Assembly: GCF_001194135.2 (NCBI RefSeq)
Contig: NC_068989.1
Coordinates: forward strand, 63,847,194-63,911,193
Direction: 5' to 3'
Source of the DNA: Octopus bimaculoides
Lineage: Eukaryota
Length of the DNA stretch: 64,000 nucleotides
Under the pieces are notes generated by a model. It ran no database searches and was not told the origin of the DNA. It was given only the letters and a program-made list of their open reading frames with translations. The translations under genes were made by a program, and so were the position numbers. Within the stretch, counting starts at the first letter, position 1. Every line of letters begins with the position of its first letter. Below are positions 39,024 to 53,810 of the stretch, piece after piece.

Positions 39024-42000
39024 GCACTCCGTTACTTAAGACGACGAGAGTTCCGGTTGATCCGATTAACGGAACAGCCTGCTCGTGAAATTAATGTGGA
39101 CCGGGCTGAGCACTCCACAGACACGCGTACCGTTATCGTTGTTCACAAGGAAATTCAGCCTTACACGGAATGGGACAATGTTGGCCATTTAAATTACAGG
39201 TACAACTCATTTTTGCCGCCTGGGTATACATACATATATATATATATATATTCAAGCTTTTTGAACCCTACTTAGGTATGTCCCGTCCCCGCTGATTCAA
39301 TCGACTGATGAACAATACCTATTTACGATTCGTGATGCCTGGGCTTCAAATCAAAGATGCATTTCATTTGGTTACATTTACTTAAAGGACATGCCTTCTA
39401 ATTAATTAGTTATCTACTTGCTGTCACCAGAATATTTGTATAAAGCATTCTAATACTAAATGACACGAATTTATTTGATTACATTCTAATCAAGCTGAAA
39501 AAATCGTATACCATATAGTTTTTACATTTTTTTATCGACGTCTCATCTTTTTTATTTCTCTTTTCTTTTTCCCTTTCTTCTTTTCTTTCTTTCTTTTTTT
39601 TTTCTTTTTGTTAATGCTGTCATTATCCCTGAAAGAATTATTACTATACATTGCAATATTAATTCTGAAATCTTTTATTGAAAATACAGAACTGTGTTGC
39701 AAGTTTAAGCAATAATTGGATCTTTTCAGTAAATATAATGGATGTAGTACAAGAATGTAGTGAGACACCTTAAAGGAAGTACCGTCTTACTCACTTTTTA
39801 CCTTTTCAGGGTAAGAAATAATACGAAAAATGAAGGACAAGGACACCATTTTGGTTTTTACTGGAAGTAGACGTGTAGTGAATGAGTGGAGCCTCGTGGT
39901 TAGTGTGTTGCACAGATGATCGAAAAATCGGGGTGTCCGTTTCAGGACCTGGAGGCCCCTTGTGTTCTTGAGCGCAACATTTCATTTCACCTTACTCCAA
40001 TCCAGTCAGATGTAAATGAGTTCAAGCTTTAGCTGTGAAGGTGACCCTTCACAGGGCCGTTTTCCCATTCAGAGAGGGAGTGCTGCAATTTTAGTCACCT
40101 ATAAGCCATTCATATCGGGCTAAGCTCCGCTCTTATGAGTCCTGGGATCATAACAAATTAAAGTTTATTTATGTATATTAGGAAATAAGGAAATACATTG
40201 TAGAATATATCTTTCTATATTTAAGATAGCAAGACGTGATTTGTGGGGAATTTAGCTACTATTTGTAGCAGGTTGTGCGAGTGCGATAAAGCATCCCTTG
40301 TTAGCGTAGATTTTGTGATTGTTGTTTAATTTAGGACAAGCTCCGCTGGAACAGAACTATCATTAGAATCATTTATGCCGTAACTATCTCATCTGTTTGT
40401 ATACACGACATATATAAATATAAGCATACATACATATATATACACACACCCACACACACTTATATATACATATGTATGTATACCCTGACTATTTCCTCTG
40501 TGTATGTAAGTAAGTATACCATTCATTCTAAAGTCAGAAAACCAGACCAGAGAATTTACAACACATGTTTGGTCACATCTTCCAAGTTTAGTCAAGCATG
40601 AGGCCGAAGTTATTTTTTCCTACAACTTGTTTGATATTTACTTATCATTTGTGCTCCAAAATTGGGTTACGCTCCATAACGTTTGTTTTCATTCTAATGT
40701 TATACCTCACGGAATTTAAACAATTCGCCGGTCCTCATTAGCAATATTTGAACCCATAGATACAAATGGTGGTTATTGGCTGATACGCTGTTTTGTGTAC
40801 TCTGGCAGATGTATTGGCAGATGTTTGGTATTGGTGCAACAAACTAAATACAGAGCAGATGCTGGAAGATCGATATCTGTAGAGTATATTTACTAAGTAA
40901 AATTTTTAACCCTTACAAAATTACTGTTCATATTAAATACCAGCTCATTATAACAGATTATGTATTCTTTTACTATCGTTTCACAGTTTTATATGTAAGA
41001 CAATCATAACTAGATGCTTGACAAATATTTCATACGAGATATAGAGATTACAGTACCACAAACAACCTGGTAACCATATTAGTATCTCATAAATGCATGT
41101 TTCATATATATTTATTAATTCGAAATATTAACAAAAATGTCAAGTCAACCCTATGCAGTACCAGCATCGGCATACGAAATTATATTCTGCAGTTTACGGA
41201 TCTAGTGATTCGTCTACTTATTCCTTGCTCCTGCACCTGAAAATAAAAATGTCTATCAAAACTATGCATATGCTCTGTGTTGCTCTAAAGCATTTTCATT
41301 TCACTTGAACCATGTATTTCTAAGGGTTAGACCACAGATATAGAACGGTATAAACGTAAGCACTTCTTAATTGAAAATGTATGACATTCAGTTTAGTAAA
41401 GAAAATCGGAAAATACAGATGGCCATATCGACAGAGTTACATGAAACTTAAAAGATCTATGTATTATCTCTTATTTTGAACGTGACTCTTGAAAAAGACA
41501 CATAAGCTCTATGCCTGATTTTGCCTAACTCTAATATGGGTTTGAATATTGAATGTATCAGAGGCATTGAACCGAAATTTATGAGTGTTTCGTGAACAAG
41601 AGCTGAGTCCAAGTTTAACTGGAAGCAGTGAACACAATGGAAAGCTACGAGAGTATACTCACTATCTGAAGCAGCATATACAAGCCGAACTTCCTGCGCT
41701 TCACAACGAGCCACTGAAGTTATGGTATCACCCACTGCCATAAGAATTCCATTACCTTTATACTTCAGTTTTCTGGAAGCCTGCGGTCACTGAGGATTCA
41801 CAAATCGTTATTATTCTGCTTGGCCGTTTCTATTGGTTCATATTTTTTTCCAATAGATATATTTTCCTTGGTGATTATGTTAGTGAGTTGATTTGCTCGA
41901 AACTCTTACTCCAAAACGATAAATGATGATAGCACATGTTCAAACGACAAACGTAAGAGAAGAGACAGACTTCAAATAAATTTCCAAAATACGATTCCGC

Positions 42001-42141
42001 TTGAATTAGTGACTTATATAAAATCAGTTAATTTCTTCAATATATTCAATGGCTTATGCAAAATTAGTTCATTTCTACAATATATATCCTTTGGAAACGC
42101 GTGAATGCCACCTGTTCTATTTTCCTTCCCCGTTAATTACA

Positions 42142-42268
42142 CAGGGTGTACACAAAGTCTGGGTACATGGGGATTAACACATGCTTTCAAAAATTATTAT
42201 TTCTTATATTTAATTGTTTATGTTATGATTTAATTTACTCCAGGTACCCAGACTTTGTGGACACCCTG
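42142..42268. mobile_element. 127-bp Tc1/mariner-type MITE
   Basis: ~29-bp TIRs cagggtgtacacaaagtctgggtacatgg and rc cagggtgtccacaaagtctgggtacctgg (2 mismatches). TA on the right flank, CA on the left. AT-rich interior. Confidence 0.8.
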
Positions 42269-43994
42269 TAGAACACAAATATTCCAAACCGAAAACACGT
42301 TTTCAGATATGCAGTTTCTTTAATATGATTTCCTATCGTAATCTTTGGCATCCCATCTTCTTTGCATTTGTATATAGTAGAGAAATCGGTATTGTCGAAG
42401 AGACACAACTTGATATATCAAGAGACATATAAATTTTTTCCCCCTAAAATTCGACATTATTAACCCCAACCTTGATAACTTAAACTTTCATTTCGTCAAT
42501 GTCAGTCTCACGTTATCGTTAAATTTGATTACATTGTTGTCTGTATACATTTCGTCATCGTCAACTTAAATGTCATCGAGGAATAGATTTACGTAAACAT
42601 ATTAATCGAACTAGATTAACCTTGATTGCATAAGGTGATTGTGCTGGATTTCTTTAAGGAATATGTTGAATTAAGAAATCAGAATAATGAATCACAGATT
42701 AAGGTGATGCTATTTAGAATAGTCTTTGTCGTGTTGTATAGTGATATATATACATATNNNNNNNNNNNNNNNNNNNNNNNNNNNNNNNNTATATATATTA
42801 TATTATATTATATTATATTATATTTATCTTATGATATTTACTTTACTTTATATTATACTCATTTATTGTGCTTTTAATTATTAATTTTTCTATATGTGAT
42901 AGTGGATTTTCAGCGATGAGTTCTTGAAAACTGGTTATTTTCCCTAAAACTATATATTTTATATACATATATATGTGTGTGTGTGTGTATGTGTGTATAA
43001 ATATATATTATATACATCCTGTATATGTGTATGTGCGTGTGTGTCTGTGTCTGTGTCTGAGTAGTACAATATATAGTTTTATATCTAATGTACTGAATGT
43101 GTATCTATGGCCAAGTAAAATGCGACACTTTTACTAAAAACATTTCTTTACAAAACTTTTAATATTCATATATTTTTACTGTTCTGCAAGAAGCAATAAT
43201 TGATACCAATGTCTGTCCATAATTGATTTGCTCCAGCCTAGAGACACCATTTAAGTTGACAATGACGAAATTAAAGATGACAATGACTAAATCGAGATAG
43301 ACGACAACGTAACTGAAACTAGCGATTGCGAAAATTGGAGGCGATGAGGAGGTAGAGGTTGACGTTGACGAGACTGATGCTGGGAGCTCCATACATTCAG
43401 GACCGCCAAGTCAAATATATTCACGTTTGAGAATGTTTTATTTAACTGCTACAAAGTTAAGAACGACAGTTTTTTGCACCTGTAATCTTAAAATAGGTGA
43501 AATGTTTTATGTCTTATCGAAAGATGTCCTAAAATTTCCTTACTTTTTCCGTCTTGCCATAAAGCGTCACCAGTGATTATTTCCTTCTTATGATTTATAT
43601 GTGTAACTACCTATAAATATATTCGTATAAGAAATATAGACTAAAGTTCCCCAGTATTTCACGAGCAAACTGTGACCCTGTTCTCTACTAAAACACAGCA
43701 AATCAAAAAGATTTTTATTTACCTGTCGTCTTAACAAAAGTAGGAAAAAATTATATAGTCACATTAACGATGACTAAAATATATCATCTCACAAAGTATT
43801 ATTTGCATGTGTTCTGTGTGAATATTTTATAGCATTACAGGGTGTTTCATTATGATGAGACACATTTCAAAATTAAGTATGCTTGGGAAAATATATTTAA
43901 TAAGGAATGTGTGAAATACATACAATCATGGTCCCCAGTCCCATCATTATGAGAGACTTCAGACCGACAGACTGACAGAGAAGCAAACAAACAA

Positions 43995-44075
<81 letters not shown>

Positions 44076-44200
44076 AAGAGACAGACAGGTAGGCAGGTAG
44101 ACAGACACACAGACAGACAAGCAGGTAGGCAGGTAGGCAGGTAGACATCAGACAGATAGACAGACAGGCAAACAGGCAGGTAGGTAGACAGACAGACAGC

Positions 44201-44254
<54 letters not shown>

Positions 44255-44335
44255 TCTTTTTATTATAGCCACACAGGGCTAAATACAGAAAATGGACAAA
44301 TTACAAAGTAGAGCTTTTCTTGGGGGGGGGGGATA

Positions 44336-44432
44336 ATTTCGATCAAAAGGGATCGCGGAAAAAAAGGTGGGGATTTCGATCAAAAGGGATCGCGAAAAAA
44401 AAGGTGGGGATTTCGATCAAAAGGGATCGCGG
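44336..44432. repeat. 37-bp tandem repeat, ~2.6 copies
   Basis: atttcgatcaaaagggatcgcg(g/a)aaaaaaaggtgggg starts at 44336, 44373 and 44410. Confidence 0.92.
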
Positions 44433-44453
44433 GAAGAAAAAAAAGAGAAAAAA

Positions 44454-44508
<55 letters not shown>

Positions 44509-45975
44509 TACATGCATACTGATTTGGACACATTTTAAATGTAAGTAACTATGGCTGGAGTGAGGTCTCGTTATTATGATTCACACTTTACTCGAATTCT
44601 GAAGGTGAATGAAGTATCTACGATAAATCACTAGAGACAAAGTCTTTTCATTTATATTCAAGTTGGCATCCGCTGAAGCGTAGGTTGTAAATTCTTGTCC
44701 AACAAAGCCCAGTACACAAAATCCCTCTACTTTAATAACCCTTTATTCACTTTGCTAATGCCCTCATCAACGTTACTACTACCACCCTTGATGATACTTA
44801 ACTGAATAGGGCCGATCCTCCGCACCATGGCGTAGGATAATTAATATCTTTGTTATTCTGTATAGTGAAATAATGGCTCATGGGAAACTGTTACAGGTGA
44901 GATAATCGAGAGAAATAATGAACTTTTGGCCGAGAGGTTGGTAATTCACGTCCGTGTCAATGAAACTACGCAGGTTATCTGTTCAAGACACTTGAATCTC
45001 AATAGATCAAGGTCTTAATTCCAATATGTTCGCTTAACTGAGCGAATATAATTATTTAATGTATTGTTAGAAAGCAGCACTGGCATCAGATTATCTCATA
45101 CGCCTAAAGTATGTAAGGGAAGACTACTCCACTGTATCATCTTGAAGATATCCTGACATCGGCAAGTTTGAGGAGTTCACATTTAACAGTGCATGCAACA
45201 CGGTTAAATACAGACATACAGATTAAAAGAGAAAAAAATATATGCTCGAACGATTTCAAACGCGTGTCACTTTGTTTTCCATTAAATAATACTTTAATCC
45301 TGAAACATTTTCCCTGACTTAAAAAAAAAAAAATAACCAGACGAACCACAAATAATAATCATTGTTGCAGAAGTGTATTGTAAAATTATGCTAAATTGTT
45401 GATTAGAGTAAGATAACACGTGCGTGTATCATTGTGCTCTCTGGATTTCTAGACCAGAAGCAGTCATTAGAGCGTAATAGGAAACGGATAAGGAAGCAGT
45501 TAATCTTGGCACAGGAATATAATTCCAATACTAAAATCGATTAAAGAAAAATTAGAATATGCATAAATTTGGCTTGCTAAACAGTTTAGAATTCCGGTTT
45601 AAGCTTTTCAATGCTGACGTAGAATTTAAGAATCAGTTGATGTGACACCATTGTTTGATCGAGTTTCATTTGTTGATTTATCCAGTGGAATTACCGTTTA
45701 TAGAAATTGACAGAAATGACAGAAAAGAAATAGACACGTGGAATTAGTGTCAGGAGATTAGAAGAGAAGAAACTAAACGACTCTGACACACATTGACATT
45801 CTACAGTTACACAGGCTGAGGAAATAAACTACCAATCGAAGAACTGGAATGTATACACACGCACACACACACACACGCACATACACACACACACACACAC
45901 ATGCGCGCATATATATATATATAAACATGTATATTATATATGTATATATATATATATATATATGTNNNNNNNNNN

Positions 45976-46036
<61 letters not shown>

Positions 46037-46039
<3 letters not shown>

Positions 46040-46325
46040 GGCGCATGGCTCAGTGGTTAGAACATCAGGCTCACAATCATGAAGTAGAGAGTTCGATTCC
46101 CGGACCGGGCTGTGTGTTATGTTCTTGGGCGAGACACTTTATTTCACGTTGCTCCAATTCACTCAGCTGTAGAAATGAGTTGCGCCGTCACCGTTGCCAA
46201 GCAGCATACGCTTTTGCCTTTACCTTGGATAACATCGGCGTCGTGGAAATAGGAGACTGTTATGAATGGGCGACTGTTGGTCTTCCATAAACAATCTTGC
46301 CCGGACTTGTGCCTTGGAAAGGAAT
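46037..46325 (+). mobile_element. tRNA-derived SINE family D; decayed relative at ~39885-40160
   Basis: gaaggcgcatggctcagtggttagaac...gagttcgattccc...ctttatttcacgttgctcca.ttcactcagctg. Confidence 0.85.
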
Positions 46326-46787
46326 TTTTTTTTAATACAATTCCAATGCCATTCATGTTCGAAGGGGCTCTTTACCATTTACCCTTACTTATATATCGTT
46401 GCTATTATTCAAAAGTGTCGTAAGTCCAAAATTTTGCTTTTTCAGAAAATTAAAAATATTTTCACCATTGGATTTCTTTTTACATTAGCAAAGCAACATT
46501 TTCAGCTTAACGATAATACTTTGTTGAGTGCATAAAATCATAACTCCATGCATGTATGATATTGTCAGTGAGAAATATTTTTCCAAAACCATTATATGTG
46601 GGGTTTACTACACTTTTGAAAAATGCTAAGCCGTTGTATTACACTCTGACAATTTTCATCTAAAACAACTGGAGATACGATAGTTTGATCAAAAGAACCA
46701 CCTACTGCAAGCAAAATTAGATACTGAAAAAAAAATCGATTTCTCGCAGAATTTTGACATACAACAGTTTAACATAATAGCAACGAT

Positions 46788-46869
<82 letters not shown>

Positions 46870-47684
46870 GTATACCTTCCAATGTATGTATGTATATGTA
46901 TGTATGATGATACTTGATACATTTCCGTTCACTCAATCACTGAAATAGTTTTCGCTGCAGAATCAATGGAGGGAGAAATTATCTCCTTATTGACAGCAGA
47001 AGTGAAAACAAAATGGACTATGGGTAAATCATTATAAACCATGGGTACATCATTGCATCATCAGCCGCATATACAAAAGTCGTCTTTCTCAGCCGAATCT
47101 GAACGATAAACTTGCACATATAACTGCAAACAGTAAATTAGCGGGAATGAGTACAGCTTGAGGAAGCTGAAATTGGAATAGAGCAGTGCAAAGTAGTGTT
47201 GAATAAAATATATGCTTATGCAATATTTCACAGTTTTCTGACCACTCGAATGTGGAAAGATTTTTTGCTGAAGACGCACACACACACACACGCACACACA
47301 TATGCATATCTACATACACACACGCACACACACACACACACACATATATACATATCTACGCACACACATATACATATCTACACACACACATACACACATA
47401 GATAGATAGATGGATAGATAGATAGATGATTTATAATCAAGAGTACAAGATAGTACTGGTTTTGCTAGAAGTAAGAGTTGAAAAATACTCAAATAAGTTA
47501 ACACGCTGACGAAATCGAGGGAGCGAGTAAATAGCCAACATACCATAGCAGATGAATTCGCAAATCAATTTGAAGATATAACCATATCACGTGATTTCGA
47601 ACTGCGTGATGCTAGGGGCTCAACTAATACCCGCTTCGTCATGCTTGTTAAAATCGTTGAAGGACTATTTCCTTAAAGTAATTC

Positions 47685-47890
47685 TTTCTATTAAAGGCAT
47701 AAGGCCTGAAATTCTGGGGGAGGTAAGTCGATTACATCGACCTCACTGTTTCACTGGTACTTAATTTATCGACTCCGAAATGATGAAAGGCAAAATCGAC
47801 CTCGGCGGAATTTGAACTCAGAGCGAGCAACGGGCGAAATACCGTTAAGAGTTTCGTCCAGTGTGCTAACGATTCTGCCAGATCGCAGCC
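47685..47890 (-). mobile_element. SINE family B; further decayed copies at ~7760, 28448, 33996, 34190, 48360, 49090, 51660, 51880 and 53190
   Basis: tcgacctcggcggaatttgaactcag...tgctaacgattctgccagatcgcagcc. Confidence 0.82.
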
Positions 47891-48285
47891 ATATTCCCTT
47901 TAAATAATAATAACGAAAATTACTATTGTAATTGGTTTATTCCAGATCAACGTAAATTATCAGGGTCCGTAATAGAAAACATTCCTGCCATGACCATTCC
48001 ATCTGTTTTATGTATATTCTGATGTACTTTATTTAAGGTGCTCTTTCTTTTCTTAATATAGTGTGTTGTGATTTGAGGAGAATCGATTGCTAATTTCAGT
48101 AGATCAAACAACCACCCAACCGATCTCTTGTTAAATAAGATCGTCGTCTCAGATTATGAAATCGTTCTTTCATTGTTAGGCAAGGAATTGTGAAAAGAGC
48201 GGTCGGGCCGTAATGTGAATGTCCGTTTGCAGGCTCTTTATGTGTAATCAATTAAGTGTGTGAGAGAGAGAGAGAGAAAGAGAAT

Positions 48286-48319
<34 letters not shown>

Positions 48320-49739
48320 GACAGACAGACACAGACAGACAGGAAAAAGATATGAATGGATTCATTCTTTATTCATTGACCCCCGAAAGGACAAAAGGCT
48401 GAGTTGACCACCGTCGCATTGAAACAAAAAACGCAGAAAGCTGGAAACAATACTACAAGCCATTAATATCCGCCGTTCAAACGACTGTGTACATCCTCTA
48501 CCTTCGTTGTTAGATATCACAACATAAACCCCTTCATGTGATCGTACTTCACCTTCAGGAAAGGCTGAGAAAGCTTAAATGCCATATGTTACAGTAGATC
48601 ATCGCCATAAGAGATCGTAGTGATACCCAATTTGCCTGAAGCTTCTCCCCTAAATACATATAGATTTAAATCAACCTTTATTTGCAGCATTAGAAATTTA
48701 ACAAATGAATATAGATTTTTGTGTATGCTTGTGAAGTGCCAATTTATAATTACTAATGTAAGTTTCTGTTCCAAGGCTTAACGAATGGTTACAACATAAC
48801 GAGCACATAATTCAGTTTTCAGGTTATTTTTCAGATAGTTTGCCAACTGAAAAGGTTAAGATGTTTTGGTCTCAAGTGTTTTATATCTGACTTATAGTTG
48901 TTGATAAGTCATTGTTTTTTTATGTTACTTTTAATGATATGTACAATAAATTATTTTTGTTTAGTTATTAACCCAAGAATGATAAACTATAAATCATTTC
49001 CTTTTGAATATGAACTCAGAATATGAACGTTCAATACTAAATTAATTATCATAATCAATCATTATATTAAATTATTTGCAATTCGTTGCGAGGAGGCGGC
49101 TAGCTTGCGAAGTTGTCAGAGCATGTGACAATCTACCATTCAGTATCTCTTTTTGCCATTCGGGATCTCTTACGTTCTAGTTTTAAATTCCGTTGTGATT
49201 AAGTTACCTTTTAGGAGTTGATAAAATAAAGTACCAGTCAGAAATTGGAATCGCTTTCTCCACATAGTTGCTGAAATTTTGCCTAAATTAGAAACTGATT
49301 TTAATATGTAAATTTAGATTAATTTAGCACAAAAAGGAGAGTATTATCGTTATTAAAGCGTTTAAGCATATTAAGCATTTGTATAAAAGAAAATTGAAGA
49401 ATTCTCTTTTATAAGCTATCAAATACATGTACATCTACATATTACTAATGCATGAAAATATTAAAATACAGTATATATAGAATCAGGCAATCTAATATGT
49501 CAGTTAATCCGCACCCCAATATCCTTCAGCTTGAGGTGCAGACACATGAACCTACAAAAGGCCAACAACTTTATTTTACGAGCTGGAAAATTACATCATG
49601 TCATATTCGTGTCATTTCAAGGAGTTTGGGATTATTCAATGCTAATGATAACATTTCTAAAGAGACACGTTGTTAGCATTAAGTATAAATTGGGCAAACA
49701 TTCTGAGAATGGTAATGATTTAACAAAATAAAACAGGAA

Positions 49740-49935
49740 AATATTATCGAACCCGAATCAGCCTAAATGAGGATAACGTTATCGTACATGAATCACCTCA
49801 AAATTTGAATAACATTATCGTATCCGAATCACTCCACATTTAGACAATATTATCGCATCGGAAACCACCCTAAGAACGAACAATATTACGTTACCCAAAT
49901 CACACGAGGTTTAAACAGCATTATCGCATAAGAGC
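49740..49935. repeat. Degenerate 35-36-bp tandem array, ~5.5 units
   Basis: Recurring core aa(t/c)attatcgNaNccgaatcac with variable tails. Confidence 0.75.
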
Positions 49936-50889
49936 CAAATCTGACTACGAGCAACATACAACTACAAACCTCAAAGTCACTAAAAAGAGCCATGACTTAC
50001 TTAAATCAGTGGTTTATAACTTTTATTGCATCACAAAGACTGGTCTTTATTTACAGAATCAAGAAAATACTTCCGTCCTAAAGATTATTAATCCTCTACG
50101 AAACGTATATGGGTCCCTCAACGAGGGCACTACTCTAACATCTGGTGTTTGTGTGTTTAGTCTCTATAATTTGGTGGTACGGCAAAGGAGTCCGACAGAA
50201 TAAGTACCAGGTTTAGCAAAGATTTAAGTACTGGGCTTGATTCGTTCGACTAAAAATTCTTCAAGGCAGTGCCCCAGCATGGCTGCACTCTAATGATTCA
50301 AACAAGTAAAGGATAAACGATATAAATATATATTGTGAATGGAAAATACCAATATAAGACAACAACAAATATTTCTTCCCCAAAACTTTACACTTTTCAT
50401 TGATATAGAAAGTAACGTCAAGAAACTGGAAGCAGAGGGACAGACGGGGAAGTTTGGTATCATAAAGTTATGTATGGACACTTAAACAAAGCTATGATCT
50501 GATGTTCTTTTTTATATATCTCTGTGTATACTTTGTTTTATCTTGGGATCACTATGTCACTAGTAAACATATGTACTGTTTCTATTTCATTTCTTTTAAT
50601 TATTAGTCAAATATTTAAACATTTAACCAATCAACTAATCGATTGTTTGATTAATCGTTCACTCAGTCGACTAGTTGTGTCAGTTCTTTCACCGTCGTCC
50701 GCGACTTCATCAATGTCATGTTTCTCTATTCTCCAGGTCTCTCTCTTACTTTTAATTAAGTAATTGAAATTCTTATTTGTATTTAAGTAAATGATATTCA
50801 ATCCATTCTTATTTAAGCAAATAAAATTCAAAGACGTTTAGCTAAATTTGATACAATATTTTTAATAAACAGACTGATATGGCTTGGCT

Positions 50890-51417
50890 GGTTTCATGCT
50901 CTTGCTTGATGGGGCAGGGATCATTCCAAGTTAGCGGTCGCAAAAGCGTCCACCAGTGTTCTCAATTGCTTGCGGTCCCGTGACAGCCCTTCTGCATTCC
51001 CCAACGTGACGTCAAGCCTCTGGAGATCTTCCCTAATCACACCATCTGGTGCGGGTCCAGCTATGAGGCCCCTTCCAGCCCGCAGCTGCCACGTCGAGTG
51101 AGAATAAAGTCTTGTTACAATGATCTGGCATGAACCGAAAGTCATGTTCGTACCAGCGCATCCGACGGATAGTTATGAGGCGGGAGACTGCGAACTGATA
51201 TGTGCGCACACGCAGTTTTTTGTTGGAACGTGATGATACCATTTGACGCTCTAGTTGGCTCTCAGGGCTCTGCTATCGAAACCGTCGATCATCATCTTCG
51301 ACAGTGGCCGCGTTTCTGCTTCATAGAGTAGAACAGAGGGGACTGATGTGTTGCAGATCCAGAGCTTCGTCTTGCAGAAAATAAAGCAGTGGTGCCAGAG
51401 GAGAGTCCATAGGAAGT
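50890..51417 (-). mobile_element. 5'-truncated RTE-clade LINE (ORF2 C-terminus)
   Basis: Frameshifted minus-strand translation KTKLWICNTSVPSVLLYEAETRPLSK...DGFDSRALR, RRMRWYEHDFRFMP...GWKGPHSWTRTRWCD, VIREDLQRLDVTLGNAEGLSRDRKQLRTLV. This follows the RTE-type pattern LLYGxETW / RxRWxGHVxRM / RGRPxxRWxD. Confidence 0.8.
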
Positions 51418-52336
51418 AAATAACTTCAGTTGCCAGACCACATATAACAAATGACAGATAACGGTAAGAACGTGTATGATTGAATTATTGGTAAGTATTT
51501 GCTTCTTTTATATTAAACAATAAAAAGTTTGAGTATTCGCTTAGAATATTCTTTTTCGGTTTTATTTAGGGGCACAAATTACACGTTGGCCTACATCCAA
51601 TAGTGATTTATATAGCATGGATACGATCTACAAATTTTGTTAGGCTATATACTCAATTATATTGACTACAGTAGCAGACAGCGACTTATTTTACCGTTCC
51701 GAGAACCATGGAAGACGATACTAAACTCAGAAAGGATTTGAACCACAAACAAGAAGTTAAAATCAAATAACTCAATACATTTTGTCTGGTGCCAACCACG
51801 ACCTTTTATCCTTCCTTAATCATAAATCCTGACATTGGTACACGATCAGAAGTATATGGATGAAGGGGTTGTATAATTGGTTTTATTTAATAGACCCTAC
51901 ATAGATGAAACTCAAATGCGACCTCGATGGGATTTGATCTCAGTTTATACTAGATGACAATTAAATAACGCTGTCAGTTTCCTATACCGTGGTTTATATC
52001 ATATAATGATCGATAGCTTTAGGAAAAAGCAATAAATTTAGTACGAAAGCATTCTGTATTGCATTGTACCGATTCTACTATCCACTGCCCTCATAACATC
52101 ATTGAATATGATGAATGACGCATATGAATAATAATTTCATAGAATATTAAAGGTGACAAGATCGAGGTGCATTTGAATACTTGCGCGACCATATACGAAG
52201 TTGTAGTTCTGTGTCTACATCAAATTATATCCCTGAATATGACATACATACATACATATATTCATACATACATGTATACATATATATGTGTGTGTGTGCG
52301 CGCGCGTGTGTGTGTTTGTATGTATGTATATTTGTA

Positions 52337-52427
<91 letters not shown>

Positions 52428-53810
52428 GTGTGTGTAATATGTATGTATATATATATATATGCACAAACAATTTCATTCCAGTGTAGACGTTGATTTATTA
52501 TTTTTAAACTTTTGGCATTGTACCAATCCACCACTTTCGATGCATATAACATGTGGGACCTTTCACCTTTTTATAGAGTAAGTTGGAAACACTTATTAAA
52601 ATTTCACATTTCTGGAGATTAAATTTTACTGTCCACACTCTCTCATCACCCTTACTGTGTCACGTCCCAGATAGTATTCTTAATAATTCACCCATTACTT
52701 CTTCCAGATTCCTACAACCTACAGAAATCACCTCCCTACCCACTTTTCTACTCTTTAACCCATCATGCTGCCATTTAGGTCCCAAAAGCCTAACTCAACT
52801 ATGCTCTTGTAGGTGGCAGACCGATGGTATTCAAGTACATTTTATAAAGTTAACTCTTATATTGGTTAAATTATCTTTCGGTTGAACTTAATTAAACACT
52901 AGAGTGTAAGTGTTTTTAGAGAAAACGTTGGAATCTATGACGTCATCCTTCCTAGCTGAAAGAAAGTGAAAAGACAATTGACTTCAAGCAGAAAATGGCA
53001 GCCACCAACAAGCTTCGGCTTTTCGAGAACTTCAACCCTACTCATCATGTGCGAGTAATTTTCATCAGTTATCACATTCTTAAGCGGAAACTAATTCTTT
53101 GTATATTATAAATCTATCTCAGTTGATCCGTGGCCTAGATTTTGAAATTTGCAGAATAGATAACGCTTACCAGCTGGTCGGTAAATCTCAAAATCCCAGT
53201 CATATTCCCAACCGTTCTTTGATGGCCAGGAATTTAGGGGTTGTATTACAGTCGATTATATCGATCCAAGAACTTGAGTGGTACTTTATTTTATCGGCAT
53301 TGGAAAGAAGAGAGGCAGAGACAATGCCGTGGGATTTGACCTCAGGTAAAAGGCAGAACTAAATACCCTAATTTACTCTCCTTAGCGCTCTGCTAATTCT
53401 GCCATTCCTTGTCCTTCTATGATAGAATATTACTATGTGGTGTACCCAAGTGCTCATTTACCTAACAGATTAAATTGGAGTCTAAGCCGTCACGAAGGCA
53501 ACTAACCCAGGAGATTGGAAATTCTAATGGAAAAAGTTTGAGGATCATTGAGTCTGTGGCAAACGTTCGCAACAAATTTCTGATATCAGCATTTCAAAAT
53601 CGTGTAGCTAGTCCAACGCAGGTCTTCCTCAGAAGTCATGACTTTGAGTAGTCAGATGCCTGTTGAAACCACATACGTCGAAATCAAAGAGAGAAAGAGA
53701 ATCCTTTGTCATATGGTAATCGAATACAACGTCCTTTGAGATCTCTGACGAAATACTAGCACTGAAATCTTTGGCAGAAATTAGCATATAGATCTCTAGT
53801 AAATAACTAA

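Noticed and set aside
39785-39816. Strong polypyrimidine/CAG acceptor followed by G then GTAAGA (recursive site or 1-nt exon)
   Set aside because: A recursive site needs AG|GT. Here it is AG-G-GT, and a 1-nt exon would frameshift the channel. One such motif in 64 kb is compatible with chance.
40335-40366. AG followed by GQAPLE..., resembling the start of the next GABA-receptor exon (GAPLEIG)
   Set aside because: It has an extra residue, no ASFDxISEV motif, and an in-frame TAG after 10 codons.
43200-43400. Acidic D/E-rich pseudo-ORF, possibly a transposase N-terminus; similar unassigned decayed segments at 35280-35960, 36580-37300 and 41400-41760
   Set aside because: Multiple stops and no diagnostic motif that I can name with confidence.
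44870-44900. 31-nt AG...CAG|GTGAGA mini-exon
   Set aside because: It gives a stop codon in the frame required after the phase-1 donor, and has no similarity to the receptor.
48589-48774. Minus-strand ORF ending GEASGKLGITTISYGDDLL, reminiscent of the M2 'LGITT' motif
   Set aside because: Wrong strand relative to the exon, no surrounding M1/M2 similarity, and no splice support.
49740-49935. CRISPR array
   Set aside because: Eukaryotic context, degenerate repeats, ~14-nt variable parts that resemble each other, and no cas genes.
52938-53000. CRE palindrome TGACGTCA plus an AAAATGGC motif as a promoter
   Set aside because: Short motifs are expected by chance (another TGACGTCA lies inside the RTE fragment), and there is no supporting exon or CpG context.
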